From the NCBI GenBank assembly GCA_016716005.1, contig JADJXE010000001.1:1615011-1679010 (forward strand): a DNA stretch of 64,000 nucleotides, given 5' to 3'. Position 1 is the first letter of the stretch. Each line of letters opens with the position of its first letter. The notes below the pieces were generated by a model. The model was not told where the DNA came from, ran no database searches, and worked only from the letters and a program-made list of their open reading frames with translations. The DNA is from Acidimicrobiales bacterium (GTDB taxonomy: Bacteria; Actinomycetota; Acidimicrobiia; Acidimicrobiales; JADJXE01). Shown here one piece after another: positions 37,108 to 46,276 of this stretch. The position numbers were made by a program, and so were the translations under genes.

Positions 37108-38196
37108 TCAGGCCGCCGGCACCTCGGCCCCCGGCTGGCCGAGGGCGAGGGCGTTGCCACCCAGCTCGGCCAGCGCCGCGAGGGCCTCGTCGAGGGTCTC
37201 CACCCCCTCCACGCGCAGACCGCCGGCGTGGGCGCGGGCCTCGTCCGCCTCGTCCTCGGGCACCAGCATCAGCTCGGCGCCGGCCGACCGGGCGGCGGCC
37301 GCCTTCTGGGCCACGCCGCCGACCGGTCCGACCTCGCCGCCGGGATCGATGGTGCCCGTGACGGCCACGGCGCCGCCGCCGGTGAGGTCACCGGGCGTCA
37401 GCACGTCGAGCACGCCCAGGGCGAAGGCCAGGCCGGCCGACGGGCCGCCGACCCGGCCCGAGTCGATGTCGACGTCGATCGGGAAGTCGAAGCCGACCGG
37501 GGTGCGGGTCACGGTGGCCACGCCGATCATGGGCGTGCCGTCGCCCCGGTCGGCCAGCGCCACCTCCACGTCGCGCTCCCCCTCGTCGCCCCGCTCGATG
37601 CCGAGCACCATGCGGTCGCCGGGCGCGAAGCCCACGACGATCTCCCGGAGATCCTCCGAGAACACCACCGGCTCCCCGGCGGCCGACACGATCACGTCAC
37701 CAGGCTCGAGCACCTCGGCGGCGGGCACGCTGGGGTCGATCTCCTGCACCAGCGCGCCTCCGCCGTCGACCACCACGTCGTAGCCGAGGTGCTCGAGGGC
37801 CACGTAGATGGCCACCTGCTTGGAGATGTCCATCAGCTCCAGGTTGTACTCGCGGTTCTCGCTCGGGGTCCGCGAGCCGAGGATGCGCTCCTCGGGCACG
37901 ATCTCCACGTCGGGATCGAGCCACCCGGTCAGGGCCCGCAGGGGCGTCACCCGGCGCAGCGAGACCGTCAGGTAGAGCACCTCGCCCTCGTCGGCGTTGC
38001 GCAGATCGTCGGGCACCTCCACCAGATCCTGGGTGGCGGTCGCCCGGCCCGGCGAGAGGGCGTAGTAGGGCAGGCGCACGAAGGCCGAACCCACCAGGCC
38101 GGCGAGCACGATCGCACCCAGGAGCCACCAACCCCACCCCCTCCAGCGGCGGTGCGGTGGGCGCTCCGGAGCCGGCTCGCCGCCGGCCGGTACCAT
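37108..38196 (-). CDS. membrane-anchored PDZ + Lon-like (S16) serine protease
   Basis: Internal ATG at 38196. One TM helix, a PDZ-like segment (EPGDVIVSAAGEPV), and a Lon C-terminal motif GRVGGPSAGLAFALGV. Rv3194c-like. Confidence 0.85.
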   Translation of the reverse strand: MVPAGGEPAPERPPHRRWRGWGWWLLGAIVLAGLVGSAFVRLPYYALSPGRATATQDLVEVPDDLRNADEGEVLYLTVSLRRVTPLRALTGWLDPDVEIVPEERILGSRTPSENREYNLELMDISKQVAIYVALEHLGYDVVVDGGGALVQEIDPSVPAAEVLEPGDVIVSAAGEPVVFSEDLREIVVGFAPGDRMVLGIERGDEGERDVEVALADRGDGTPMIGVATVTRTPVGFDFPIDVDIDSGRVGGPSAGLAFALGVLDVLTPGDLTGGGAVAVTGTIDPGGEVGPVGGVAQKAAAARSAGAELMLVPEDEADEARAHAGGLRVEGVETLDEALAALAELGGNALALGQPGAEVPAA

Positions 38197-38206
38197 CACG
38201 TCCTGG

Positions 38207-38530
38207 GTGTCCACTCGGGTCGTCAGCGCCGTATCCGTCGGGGTCGTGGTCGTCGCCGTGCTGGGCGTGGTGCTGCTCGGCAGGGGCCAGCCTGCCACGC
38301 CCGGGCGCCGGAGCGACCGCGCCCGCCCGGCCGGCACGGGCCCGCCCGGGCCGGTGCCCGACGAGGGCTGGACCCCGCTGGTCGAGGCCGACCGGGTCCG
38401 CTGGTGGCAGCGGCTGCGGTCGGGGCTGAGCCTGGGTGTGCTGCTCGCGCTGATCGGCCTGGGCGTGGCCCTGGCGATCGGCATCGTCGTCGCCGTGGCG
38501 TACCTGGTGCTCCGCGACGCCGTCTCGTGA
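38207..38530 (+). CDS. small two-TM membrane protein (107 aa)
   Basis: GTG start. Hydrophobic segments at both ends and strong GC3 bias. Divergent from the protease gene. Confidence 0.55.
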   Translation: MSTRVVSAVSVGVVVVAVLGVVLLGRGQPATPGRRSDRARPAGTGPPGPVPDEGWTPLVEADRVRWWQRLRSGLSLGVLLALIGLGVALAIGIVVAVAYLVLRDAVS

Positions 38531-38564
38531 CGGACGCATCGCCGGGTCGCGGGCGCCGGCCGGC

Positions 38565-39167
38565 GTGACCGACGGCGACGGGCGGCTCGCGCGTCGCCGT
38601 CGGGCGGCCCGGGCCGGCCACCGCGGGCCGCCGGCCGACGCCGAGGCCCTTCTCGACGACCCCGACCCCGGCGTGCGGGCCACCGCGCTGGCGGCCCTGG
38701 CCCGGCTCGGCGCCCTGCGCGAGGCCCACCTGGCCGCCGCCCTGGCCGACCCCCACCCGGCCGTGCGGCGGCGTGCCGCCCGGGTGGCGACCACCCACCG
38801 GGGCGGTTCGCTGGTGGCCCTGCTCGACGACCCCGACCCCACGGTGGTGGAGGCGGCCGCCTGGGCCTGCGGCGAGCGCCGGCCGGTCGAGCCGGGCACG
38901 GTTCCCCGGCTGGGCGCCCTGGCCACGGGCCACGACGACGCCTTGGTGCGGGAGGCGGCGGTGGCCGCCCTGGGCGCCATCGGCGACCCCGACGGCCTGC
39001 CCGCCGTCCTGGCGGCCACCCGCGACCGGGCCACGGTGCGGCGCCGGGCCGTGATCGCCCTCGCACCCTTCGAGGGGCCCGAGGTCGACGCCGCCCTCGA
39101 GCGGGCCCGGGCCGACCGCGACTGGCAGGTGCGCCAGGCCGCCGAGGACCTGGTGGACGAGGGCTGA
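38565..39167 (+). CDS. HEAT-repeat (PBS-lyase-like) protein
   Basis: 200 aa with repeated LLDDPDPxVRxxAAxALxxxG units. Confidence 0.75.
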   Translation: MTDGDGRLARRRRAARAGHRGPPADAEALLDDPDPGVRATALAALARLGALREAHLAAALADPHPAVRRRAARVATTHRGGSLVALLDDPDPTVVEAAAWACGERRPVEPGTVPRLGALATGHDDALVREAAVAALGAIGDPDGLPAVLAATRDRATVRRRAVIALAPFEGPEVDAALERARADRDWQVRQAAEDLVDEG

Positions 39168-39210
39168 CCGGCGGCGTCAGCCCGGCATGGGCAGGCGTCG
39201 GCCGCGGCGG

Positions 39211-40215
39211 TCAGCCCCGGGCGCCCATGAACATCACGCGGAGGGCGTCGTAGCTCTCGATGCAGTGGCCGGCGCCGAGCACCACGCACTCGAGCGGCGT
39301 GTCGACCCGGTGCACCGGCACCTCGGTCTCCCGGGCCAGGCGCACCTCCAGGCCGCGCAGCAGCCCGCCCCCGCCCACCAGCCAGATGCCGTCGGTGAGG
39401 AAGTCGTGCGAGAGCTCCGGCGGCGCCTGGGCCAGGCACGACACCACGGAGTCGACGATCGAGCGCACCGGCTCCTCGATGGCCTCGCGGATCTCCACGG
39501 GGTGCAGCACGACCGCCTTCGGGAGCCCGGTGGTGAGGTCGCGGCCCCGCACCTCGGCCCGCACGTCGTCGGCCACCGGCGCCGCCGAGCCGATCGCGAT
39601 CTTGACCTCCTCGGCGGTGCGCTCGCCGATGGCCACCCCGTACTCGCGGCGCAGGTAGTTCTGGATGGCGGCGTCGATGTCGAACGAGCCGACCCGGATC
39701 GCCTGCAGGGCGACGATGCCGCCCAGGGAGATGACCGCGGTCTCGGTGGTGCCGCCCCCCATGTCGATCACCATGTTGCCGACCGGCTCGTGGATGGGGA
39801 GGCCGGCGCCGATGGCCGCGGCGAGCGGCTGCTCGATGAGCTGGGCGTCGGCGGCGCCGGCCCGGCGGGCCGCCTCGGTGACCGCCCGCCGCTCCACCTC
39901 GGTGATGGCCGACGGTACGCAGATGACCACGCGCGGCCGGTTGAAGCGGCTGACCCCGGCGCGCTGCAGCAGCAGCCGGATCATCCGCTGGGTCACGTCG
40001 AAGTCGGTGATGGCGCCCTTGCGGAGCGGGCGCACGGCCACGATGTAGCTGGGGGTGCGCCCGATCATCTGCCACGCCTCCTGGCCCATGGCCAGGACCT
40101 CGCCGGTGTTGCTGTTGAGCGCGATCACCGTCGGCTCGCGCAGGACGATGCCGCGACCCTTGGCGTACACCAGGGTGTTGGCGGTGCCCAGGTCGATCGC
40201 GAGGTCGCGGGCCAG
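39211..40215 (-). CDS. mreB: rod-shape actin homologue MreB; start assigned to CTG
   Basis: ARDLAIDLGTANTLVYAKGRGIVLREPTVIA...DMGGGTTE...LVGGGGLLRGL. The track ORF starts at a GTG inside the phosphate-1 motif. Upstream the frame closes with TAG at 40219-40221, and the only candidates are CTG 40215 (GGAG 6 nt upstream) or ATC. Confidence 0.85.
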   Translation of the reverse strand: MARDLAIDLGTANTLVYAKGRGIVLREPTVIALNSNTGEVLAMGQEAWQMIGRTPSYIVAVRPLRKGAITDFDVTQRMIRLLLQRAGVSRFNRPRVVICVPSAITEVERRAVTEAARRAGAADAQLIEQPLAAAIGAGLPIHEPVGNMVIDMGGGTTETAVISLGGIVALQAIRVGSFDIDAAIQNYLRREYGVAIGERTAEEVKIAIGSAAPVADDVRAEVRGRDLTTGLPKAVVLHPVEIREAIEEPVRSIVDSVVSCLAQAPPELSHDFLTDGIWLVGGGGLLRGLEVRLARETEVPVHRVDTPLECVVLGAGHCIESYDALRVMFMGARG

Positions 40216-40218
40216 CGC

Positions 40219-40467
40219 CTACTCCGAGCTCTGCTCGGGGCCGGGGGGGCGGCCCTCGGAGGGTCGGATGGGCGGCGTCCGCGGCTCGTGCGACCGGTTC
40301 TGCCGGAAGCGCCCGGGCCGGGTCTCGGGCGACAGCGCCCGCATCTCCCGCTCGAAGTCGCGGATCCCCGAGTCGATGCTGCGGGGCTGGCGGCTGCGCA
40401 GCACGAGCACGACGATCCCCACCAGGCTCACGCACACGGCGATCAGCAGGAAGGCCACCGAGCTCAT
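40219..40467 (-). CDS. small single-TM protein (82 aa)
   Basis: MSSVAFLLIAVCVSLVGIVVLVL RSRQ... Strong GC3 bias. ATGA overlap with the moaE stop. In the same frame as mreB, separated from it by one TAG. Confidence 0.6.
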   Translation of the reverse strand: MSSVAFLLIAVCVSLVGIVVLVLRSRQPRSIDSGIRDFEREMRALSPETRPGRFRQNRSHEPRTPPIRPSEGRPPGPEQSSE

Positions 40468-40955
40468 CGGAGGTCGGCCACCTCGGCGATCTCGGACGCA
40501 TCGAGGCCCCAGGCCTCGCCGCCCTCCCACCGCTCCCGCTTCCAGATGGGCACGGTGGCCTTGAGGGCGTCGATGCAGAACCGGGCGGCCGCGAAGGCGT
40601 CGGGCCGGTGGGGCGCCGACGCCACGACCACCACCGACGGCTCGCCGACCCCGAGCACCCCGACCCGGTGGACCAGCACCAGCCGGCCGACCCGGGGCCA
40701 GCGGGCCCGGGCCTCGCCGGCGATGGCCAGGAGCCGGGGCCCCACCTGCTCGTCGTAGGCCTCGTACTCCAGCCGGTCGACGCCCGGCCGGCCCGCGGCG
40801 TGGTCGCGGACCGTGCCGCTGAACAGCACGACCGCTCCGCAGTCGGGGCGCGCCGCCCAGTCGTGGGCGACGCCCACGGGCAGTGGCGCCGCCGTGAGCC
40901 CCACCCACGTGTCTCCGGACGGGGGCGGCTCGATCGCTCGGGCCATGCGGCCCAT
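40464..40955 (-). CDS. moaE: molybdopterin synthase catalytic subunit MoaE
   Basis: ...GAVVLFSGTVRDH...LEYEAYDEQ...LVHRVGVLGVGEPSVVVVASAPHRPDAFAAARFCIDALKATVPIWKRE. Start at 40955 or 40946. Confidence 0.85.
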   Translation of the reverse strand: MGRMARAIEPPPSGDTWVGLTAAPLPVGVAHDWAARPDCGAVVLFSGTVRDHAAGRPGVDRLEYEAYDEQVGPRLLAIAGEARARWPRVGRLVLVHRVGVLGVGEPSVVVVASAPHRPDAFAAARFCIDALKATVPIWKRERWEGGEAWGLDASEIAEVADLR

Positions 40956-41065
40956 GCTACGCGCCCCGGGCGCGCCGGGCCCCGGGAGCACCCGGGCCCG
41001 CCCCACGGCAACCGCCGGCCGGGGCGCGGTCCCCTGCCGAACCCCGACCGGTAGCCTTCGGGGCC

Positions 41066-42319
41066 GTGGAGTGGGACGACGACGACGACGCCGACGGCCT
41101 GCCGTTCCGCTCGCCCCTCCCACCCGACGACCGGCTCTGGCGGCACCCCTCGGAGCTGGCATCGACCGCCCCGCTCGGCCCCATCGCCGCGGCGTCCCCG
41201 CAGCCCCCGCCCGTGCCGCCGGCGCCGCCCGCAGCGGGCAGCCGCCGGGTCTGGGGCGTGGCGCTGGCGGCCGGCCTCACCGGTGCGCTCGTCGTGGCCG
41301 CCGTCGTGGCCACCACCGGTGGGTTCGCCACCCGCGTCGTCGAGCGCCAGGTGATCGAGCGGCAGGCCGTCCAGCCGGTGGCCGCCGCCACCAACCCGCT
41401 CGGCCGCGCCGACGGTGTGGTGCAGATCGCCGACGCGGTCGCTCCCGCCGTGGTGCGCCTCGACGTCGAGGCCCCCGCCGGCGCCGGCCGCGGGTCGGGG
41501 ATCGTGTTCCGCGACAACGGGTACCTGCTCACCAACGGCCACGTGGTCGACGGCGCCGTCGCCATCACGGTCGTGCTCGCCGACGGTCGCGAGCTGCCCG
41601 GCTCGGTGGTGGGCAGCGATGCCCTCACCGACGTGGCCGTCGTCAAGGTCGACGCCGAGGGGCTGGTCACCGCCCCGCTCGGCAGCGCCGACGGCCTCGA
41701 GGTGGGCGAGACGGCCATCGCCATCGGCTCGCCGCTCGGGTTGGCGGGGGGACCCTCGGTCACCGTCGGCGTGGTCAGCGCCCTGGGCCGGCGGGTCGCG
41801 ACCACGGTGGGCCCCACCTTCTACGACATGATCCAGACCGACGCCCCCATCGCCCCCGGCTCGTCGGGCGGGGCCCTGCTCGACGGCACGGGCGCCGTGA
41901 TCGGCATCACCACCGCGGTGGCGGTCGCCGACGCCGGCGTCGAGGCCTTCGGGTTCGCCACCCCGATCGACGTGGCCCGCACCGTGGCCGACGACCTGAT
42001 CGCCAGCGGCCGGGCCCACCACGTGTGGCTCGGCATCGGCGGCACCGACCTGACGGCCGAGCGGGCCGCGGCCCTGCAGACGCCGGGCGGGGTCGCCATC
42101 GAGGAGATCACGGCCGGCGGGCCGGCCGAGGCGGCCGGGCTCCTGGTCGGTGACGTGATCGTGGGCATCGCCACCGACCCGGTGCGCACCATGGGCGAGC
42201 TCGTCGCCGCGCTGCGCCACCACCGCCCCGGCGTCACGGTCGACGTGACCCTGCGCCGAGGCAGCGACGCCCTCAACCTGGCCGTGGTGCTGGGCGAGCG
42301 GCCCACCGGCGCCTCGTAG
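41066..42319 (+). CDS. HtrA-like (S1C) serine protease with PDZ domain
   Basis: 417 aa. TM anchor, LTNGHVV, D, APGSSGGALLD, and a C-terminal PDZ (AAGLLVGDVIV). Confidence 0.85.
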   Translation: MEWDDDDDADGLPFRSPLPPDDRLWRHPSELASTAPLGPIAAASPQPPPVPPAPPAAGSRRVWGVALAAGLTGALVVAAVVATTGGFATRVVERQVIERQAVQPVAAATNPLGRADGVVQIADAVAPAVVRLDVEAPAGAGRGSGIVFRDNGYLLTNGHVVDGAVAITVVLADGRELPGSVVGSDALTDVAVVKVDAEGLVTAPLGSADGLEVGETAIAIGSPLGLAGGPSVTVGVVSALGRRVATTVGPTFYDMIQTDAPIAPGSSGGALLDGTGAVIGITTAVAVADAGVEAFGFATPIDVARTVADDLIASGRAHHVWLGIGGTDLTAERAAALQTPGGVAIEEITAGGPAEAAGLLVGDVIVGIATDPVRTMGELVAALRHHRPGVTVDVTLRRGSDALNLAVVLGERPTGAS

Positions 42320-42353
42320 CCCGCGCCGACGGCCGCGCCGCGCCGACCGGCGT

Positions 42354-43412
42354 CTACCCGGCCGACGCCCGGGCGGCGCGCCGGGCCCGGCGGGCCAGCC
42401 AGACCACCCCCACCGTCGACGCCAGCAGCAGCGCGCCGGCGGCCCCCAGGGCCAGCTCCTGGCGGCGCCTCGGGCTCACGTGCTGCCACCAGGTGCCCTC
42501 GTGGGACACCACGAAGGCCTCCTCGTTGGTGTGGGCCGGCACCCAGCCGGCGGCCCGCAGCCGGTCGTTCGCGATCACCCAGGGCTGGCGGGTGTACGGC
42601 ACCAACCCCGCGGGCGCGGTGCCCTCGCCCAGCTGCCACCCCCACGACGCCACCTGGCGGGCCACCCGGTCGGGCAGCCGCAGCCGGGGCGCGACCCCCT
42701 CGAGCGACCGGAGGGTCTCGGCGTCGACCCAGCCGTCGGGCGCGGCGTTGAGCGGGCCGTCGAGGCGGCCGCGCCGGGCCGTGTCGATGGCGGCGACCAG
42801 GTCGTCGACGTGGAGGAACTGGGCCGGCGGCTCGTCGTCACCCAGGAGCCCGACCCCGGCCCGCAGGGCCCGAGCCAGCCAGCCCGGACCGTCGGTGTCG
42901 ACCACCGGCGCCGGCCGCAGGACGGCGACCGTGGCGCCGGGGTGATCGTCGGCCCAGTCGGCCAGCACCCGCTCCACCTGCGCCAGCTGCACCGCGAGCC
43001 CGAACCCCGGGTTCGGGCGCAGCGGTGCGTCCTCGGTGAGCGGCACCGGGTTGTTCGGCCACGCCCCGTAGACGACCGCGCCGCTCACGGCCACCACGTG
43101 GCGCACCCCCGCGTCCGACGCCGCGGCCAGCACCCGGCGCGTGCCGTCGAGGATCACCCGCTCCGACACGTCGTCGCCCACGTCGGGCCCGGCCACCGAG
43201 GCCAGGTGGATCAGCGTGTCGACGCCGTCGAGCAGGGGGACCAGGTCGGCGACGGTCACGTCGGCCACGTGCTGCTCGATGCCCGCAGGCGGGTCGGGCA
43301 CCGGGCCGACGTCGAGGGCGACCAGCCGCACCACCTCGGGATCGTCCACGAGACGGCTGATGAGCCGCCGCCCGACCCGACCGGCGGCACCGGTCACCGC
43401 CACGGTGCTCAC
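42354..43412 (-). CDS. NAD-dependent epimerase/dehydratase-family (SDR) protein with C-terminal TM helix
   Basis: MSTVAVTGAAGRVGRRL Rossmann motif. The C-terminus ALGAAGALLLASTVGVVWL is hydrophobic. Confidence 0.8.
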   Translation of the reverse strand: MSTVAVTGAAGRVGRRLISRLVDDPEVVRLVALDVGPVPDPPAGIEQHVADVTVADLVPLLDGVDTLIHLASVAGPDVGDDVSERVILDGTRRVLAAASDAGVRHVVAVSGAVVYGAWPNNPVPLTEDAPLRPNPGFGLAVQLAQVERVLADWADDHPGATVAVLRPAPVVDTDGPGWLARALRAGVGLLGDDEPPAQFLHVDDLVAAIDTARRGRLDGPLNAAPDGWVDAETLRSLEGVAPRLRLPDRVARQVASWGWQLGEGTAPAGLVPYTRQPWVIANDRLRAAGWVPAHTNEEAFVVSHEGTWWQHVSPRRRQELALGAAGALLLASTVGVVWLARRARRAARASAG

Positions 43413-43461
43413 GGCCGGCGGGCGATGTGGGGAGGCGGGTGCACCCGCCTACCATGCCCTT

Positions 43462-44664
43462 GTGAGCGGCCAAGAGCCAACCGGTCCCGATCCCTTCGAC
43501 GGGCTGCCGTTCCTCGGCGACCTGGCCCGCATGCTCCAGCAGCAGGGCCCGGTCAACTGGGACGCGGCCCGGCAGTTCGCGGCGTCGGTCGCGTCGGGCG
43601 GGGCGGTGGAGCCCAACGTCGAGCCGCTCGACCGCATCCACCTCGAGGATCTCGGCCGGGTCGCCGACCTGCACGTACGGGAGGTGACCGGCCTCGAGAC
43701 GGCCGTCGGCGGGCGGGCTCCGTCGATCGTGCCGGTCAACCGCGGCGTGTGGGTGCAGCGCAGCATCGACACCTACCGCCCGCTGTTCGAGGCCATGGCC
43801 ACCGCCCTGCGGGACGCCGACGCCGACGCCGGGGCCTCGGCCCCGGGCGACAGCACCGACGCCGGGCCCGAGGCCTTCCTCGGGGGGCTGCTGCAGCTGC
43901 TCACCCCGATGCTGCTCGGCATGGCCGCCGGCAGCATGCTCGGCCACCTGGCCCGACGCTCGTTCGGCCAGTACGACCTGCCGGTGCCTCGGCCCCCGTC
44001 CCACGAGCTGCTGGTGGTCAGCGCCACCGTCGACGAGTTCGCGGAGGCGTGGAGCCTGCCGCCCGACGACGTGCGCCTGTGGATCTGCGTGCACGAGCTG
44101 GCGCACCAGGCGGTGCTGTCGGTGCCCCACGTGCGGGCCCGGCTGACCAGCCTCCTCCACGACTACGCGGCCGGCTTCACGGCCGACCCCACCGCGCTGC
44201 AGCAGCGGCTCGAGGGGCTCGAGGCCAGCGACCCCACCCAGGGCCTGGCCTCGCTCCAGCAGGCCTTCGGCGACCCCGAGGTGTTGCTCGGGGCGGTGCA
44301 GTCGCCCGGGCAGCAGGCCCTGCTCCCCCACCTGGCCGCCCTCACCGCCGCCATCGAGGGCTACGTCGACCACGTGCTCGACCGGGTCGGTGGCCGCCTG
44401 ATCGCCTCGTACCCCCGCCTCACCGAGGCGTTCCGCCGGCGGCGGGTGGAGGAGGGGCCGTCGCAGCGCCTCGTCGACCGGCTGCTCGGCCTCACCCTCG
44501 ACCAGGCGCAGTACGACCGGGGCGAGGCCTTCGTGGCCGGGGTGATCGAGCGGGCCGGCGACGACGGGCTCACCCGCCTGTGGCGCTCGGAGCGCGAGCT
44601 GCCCACCCCGGCCGAGGTCGACGCGCCGGGCCTGTGGCTGGCCCGCATCGACCTTCCCGACTGA
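43462..44664 (+). CDS. zinc-dependent metalloprotease (HEXXH)
   Basis: In-frame GTG at 43462 of ORF 43141..44664. WICVHELAHQ motif. Resembles the actinobacterial 'zinc-dependent metalloprotease/hydrolase' family. Confidence 0.8.
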   Translation: MSGQEPTGPDPFDGLPFLGDLARMLQQQGPVNWDAARQFAASVASGGAVEPNVEPLDRIHLEDLGRVADLHVREVTGLETAVGGRAPSIVPVNRGVWVQRSIDTYRPLFEAMATALRDADADAGASAPGDSTDAGPEAFLGGLLQLLTPMLLGMAAGSMLGHLARRSFGQYDLPVPRPPSHELLVVSATVDEFAEAWSLPPDDVRLWICVHELAHQAVLSVPHVRARLTSLLHDYAAGFTADPTALQQRLEGLEASDPTQGLASLQQAFGDPEVLLGAVQSPGQQALLPHLAALTAAIEGYVDHVLDRVGGRLIASYPRLTEAFRRRRVEEGPSQRLVDRLLGLTLDQAQYDRGEAFVAGVIERAGDDGLTRLWRSERELPTPAEVDAPGLWLARIDLPD

Positions 44665-44688
44665 TTCGCCGGCCCGTCCGGGGCCGGC

Positions 44689-46221
44689 TCAGCGCGACCG
44701 GGCCGAGGGGGGCTCCTCGAAGGGCAGGCCGAGCTGCACGGTGGTGTCGTCGGCCCCGCCCCCGGCCCGGCCGGGCGGCGGCGGGTCGGCGGCGGGGTCG
44801 GGCACGGGTGCCGGGCCGGTCTCGAACAGCCGGGGCGCCTCGGGCACGGGCTCGGGCGGGCCGGCCTCGCCGGCGGGCTCCCGGACCTCGGCCCGGGCAC
44901 GGCCCCGGCCCCGGCCCCGGTAGCGGGCCAGGGCGCTGCGGCCCTGCGCCAGGCGGTCGCGGCGCGCCGCGGCGCGGGTCCGCAGGAGCTCGTCGGCCTC
45001 GGCCGCGCTGAGGTGGCGGATGCGCCGCAGGCTCGCCAGGTACGTCCCGCCCGCGGCGGCCGCGACCACGGCGATCAGCAGGTAGCCGAGCGGGGCCGGG
45101 ATGGGGATCACCACGGGAAGGAAGGCCCCGATCACCCACGAGACCTGGAAGCGGGTCTCGAACCGGGCGAAGGCCCGCCCCCGGTTGGCGTCGGGGGCGT
45201 CGCGCTGCACGATGGCGTCGAAGGCGAGCTTGCCCGTCGCCGCGGCCAGGCCCACCGCCAGCGCCGTGGCACAGGCCGCGCCCAGGCCGTCGCCCAGGCT
45301 CATCACCAGCCCCGTCACCATCGTGGCCGTGAGCCCGCCGATCAGGATGACCTCCTCGCGGGCCAGCCGCCGGGCCCGGGGGGCCACCAGCGCGCCGAGG
45401 AGCGACCCCACCGCGCTGGCGGCCACGGCCGCCCCGAACCACCACGTGGGGGCGTCGCCGTTGCGGAACGAGAACGCGATCAGGAACGTGAGGAAGCCCA
45501 CGATGCCGCGCAGCAGCGCCATCGCGGTCGAGGCCAGCACGATGCTCGCACCGCGCAGCTCGACCCGCTCGGCCTCGCCCGCGGGCTGCTCGGCCACCCG
45601 GGTGCGGGGCAGCTGCAGGGCCACGATCGTCGCCGCGCCGAACACGAGGGCGGCCAGGCCCAGCAGCCACTCCGAGCCGGCCAGCCACAGCAGGAGCAGA
45701 CCGGGCACCGCGGCCACGAACCCCATGAGCCCGCTGATCACCGACAGCTTCGAGTTGGCCTCCACCAGCTCGGCGTCGTTGCTCACGGTCGTGGGGACCA
45801 GCGCGCTCTTGGCCACGTGGTAACCCTTGGCCAGCACCAGCACCAGGAACGCCAGCGGGAAGAGCAGCAAGTTGTCGAGGGCGCCGATCATGAGCGCGCA
45901 GATCACCGCCCGCAGCGCCGCCGAGCCCACCACCATCAGCCGCCGACCACCGCGGGCCCGGTCGATGGCCGGGCCGATCAGGGGCGACACCACCGAGAAC
46001 GGCGCCATGGTGAGCAGCAGGTAGAGCGCCACCCGCCAGCGCGCGGCGTCGGGCTCAATGTTGAAGAACAGCGAGTTGGCCAGGGCCAGCGTGACGAGCG
46101 TGTCGCCGGCCACGGTGAGGGCGTGCGCCCGGGCCAGCCGGGTGAACGGGGAGGCCTCGAAGGCCTCGCCCGGCCGTCCGGTCGACGGGGTCAGCGGACG
46201 CCAGCCCCGGGGATCGCTCAC
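44689..46221 (-). CDS. MFS transporter with Pro/Arg-rich C-terminal tail
   Basis: 510 aa. About 12 hydrophobic segments and an MFS-like loop GPAIDRARGGRR. Confidence 0.8.
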   Translation of the reverse strand: MSDPRGWRPLTPSTGRPGEAFEASPFTRLARAHALTVAGDTLVTLALANSLFFNIEPDAARWRVALYLLLTMAPFSVVSPLIGPAIDRARGGRRLMVVGSAALRAVICALMIGALDNLLLFPLAFLVLVLAKGYHVAKSALVPTTVSNDAELVEANSKLSVISGLMGFVAAVPGLLLLWLAGSEWLLGLAALVFGAATIVALQLPRTRVAEQPAGEAERVELRGASIVLASTAMALLRGIVGFLTFLIAFSFRNGDAPTWWFGAAVAASAVGSLLGALVAPRARRLAREEVILIGGLTATMVTGLVMSLGDGLGAACATALAVGLAAATGKLAFDAIVQRDAPDANRGRAFARFETRFQVSWVIGAFLPVVIPIPAPLGYLLIAVVAAAAGGTYLASLRRIRHLSAAEADELLRTRAAARRDRLAQGRSALARYRGRGRGRARAEVREPAGEAGPPEPVPEAPRLFETGPAPVPDPAADPPPPGRAGGGADDTTVQLGLPFEEPPSARSR

Positions 46222-46276
46222 GGGCCCATCGTAGGAGTGGCCGCCCCTGATCCCGGTCGCGAGGTCGGCCGCCCCG

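Noticed and set aside
37697-42223. A 1508-aa minus-strand ORF, and similar giants at 58345..61185, 34638..37361, 56496..59072, 5283..7628, 42480..45011 and 13119..14927
   Set aside because: Their Arg/Gly/Pro/Ala-dominated translations have no motifs, and they lie antisense to or out of frame with genes that carry clear family signatures. They are the expected stop-codon-poor artefacts of very high GC.
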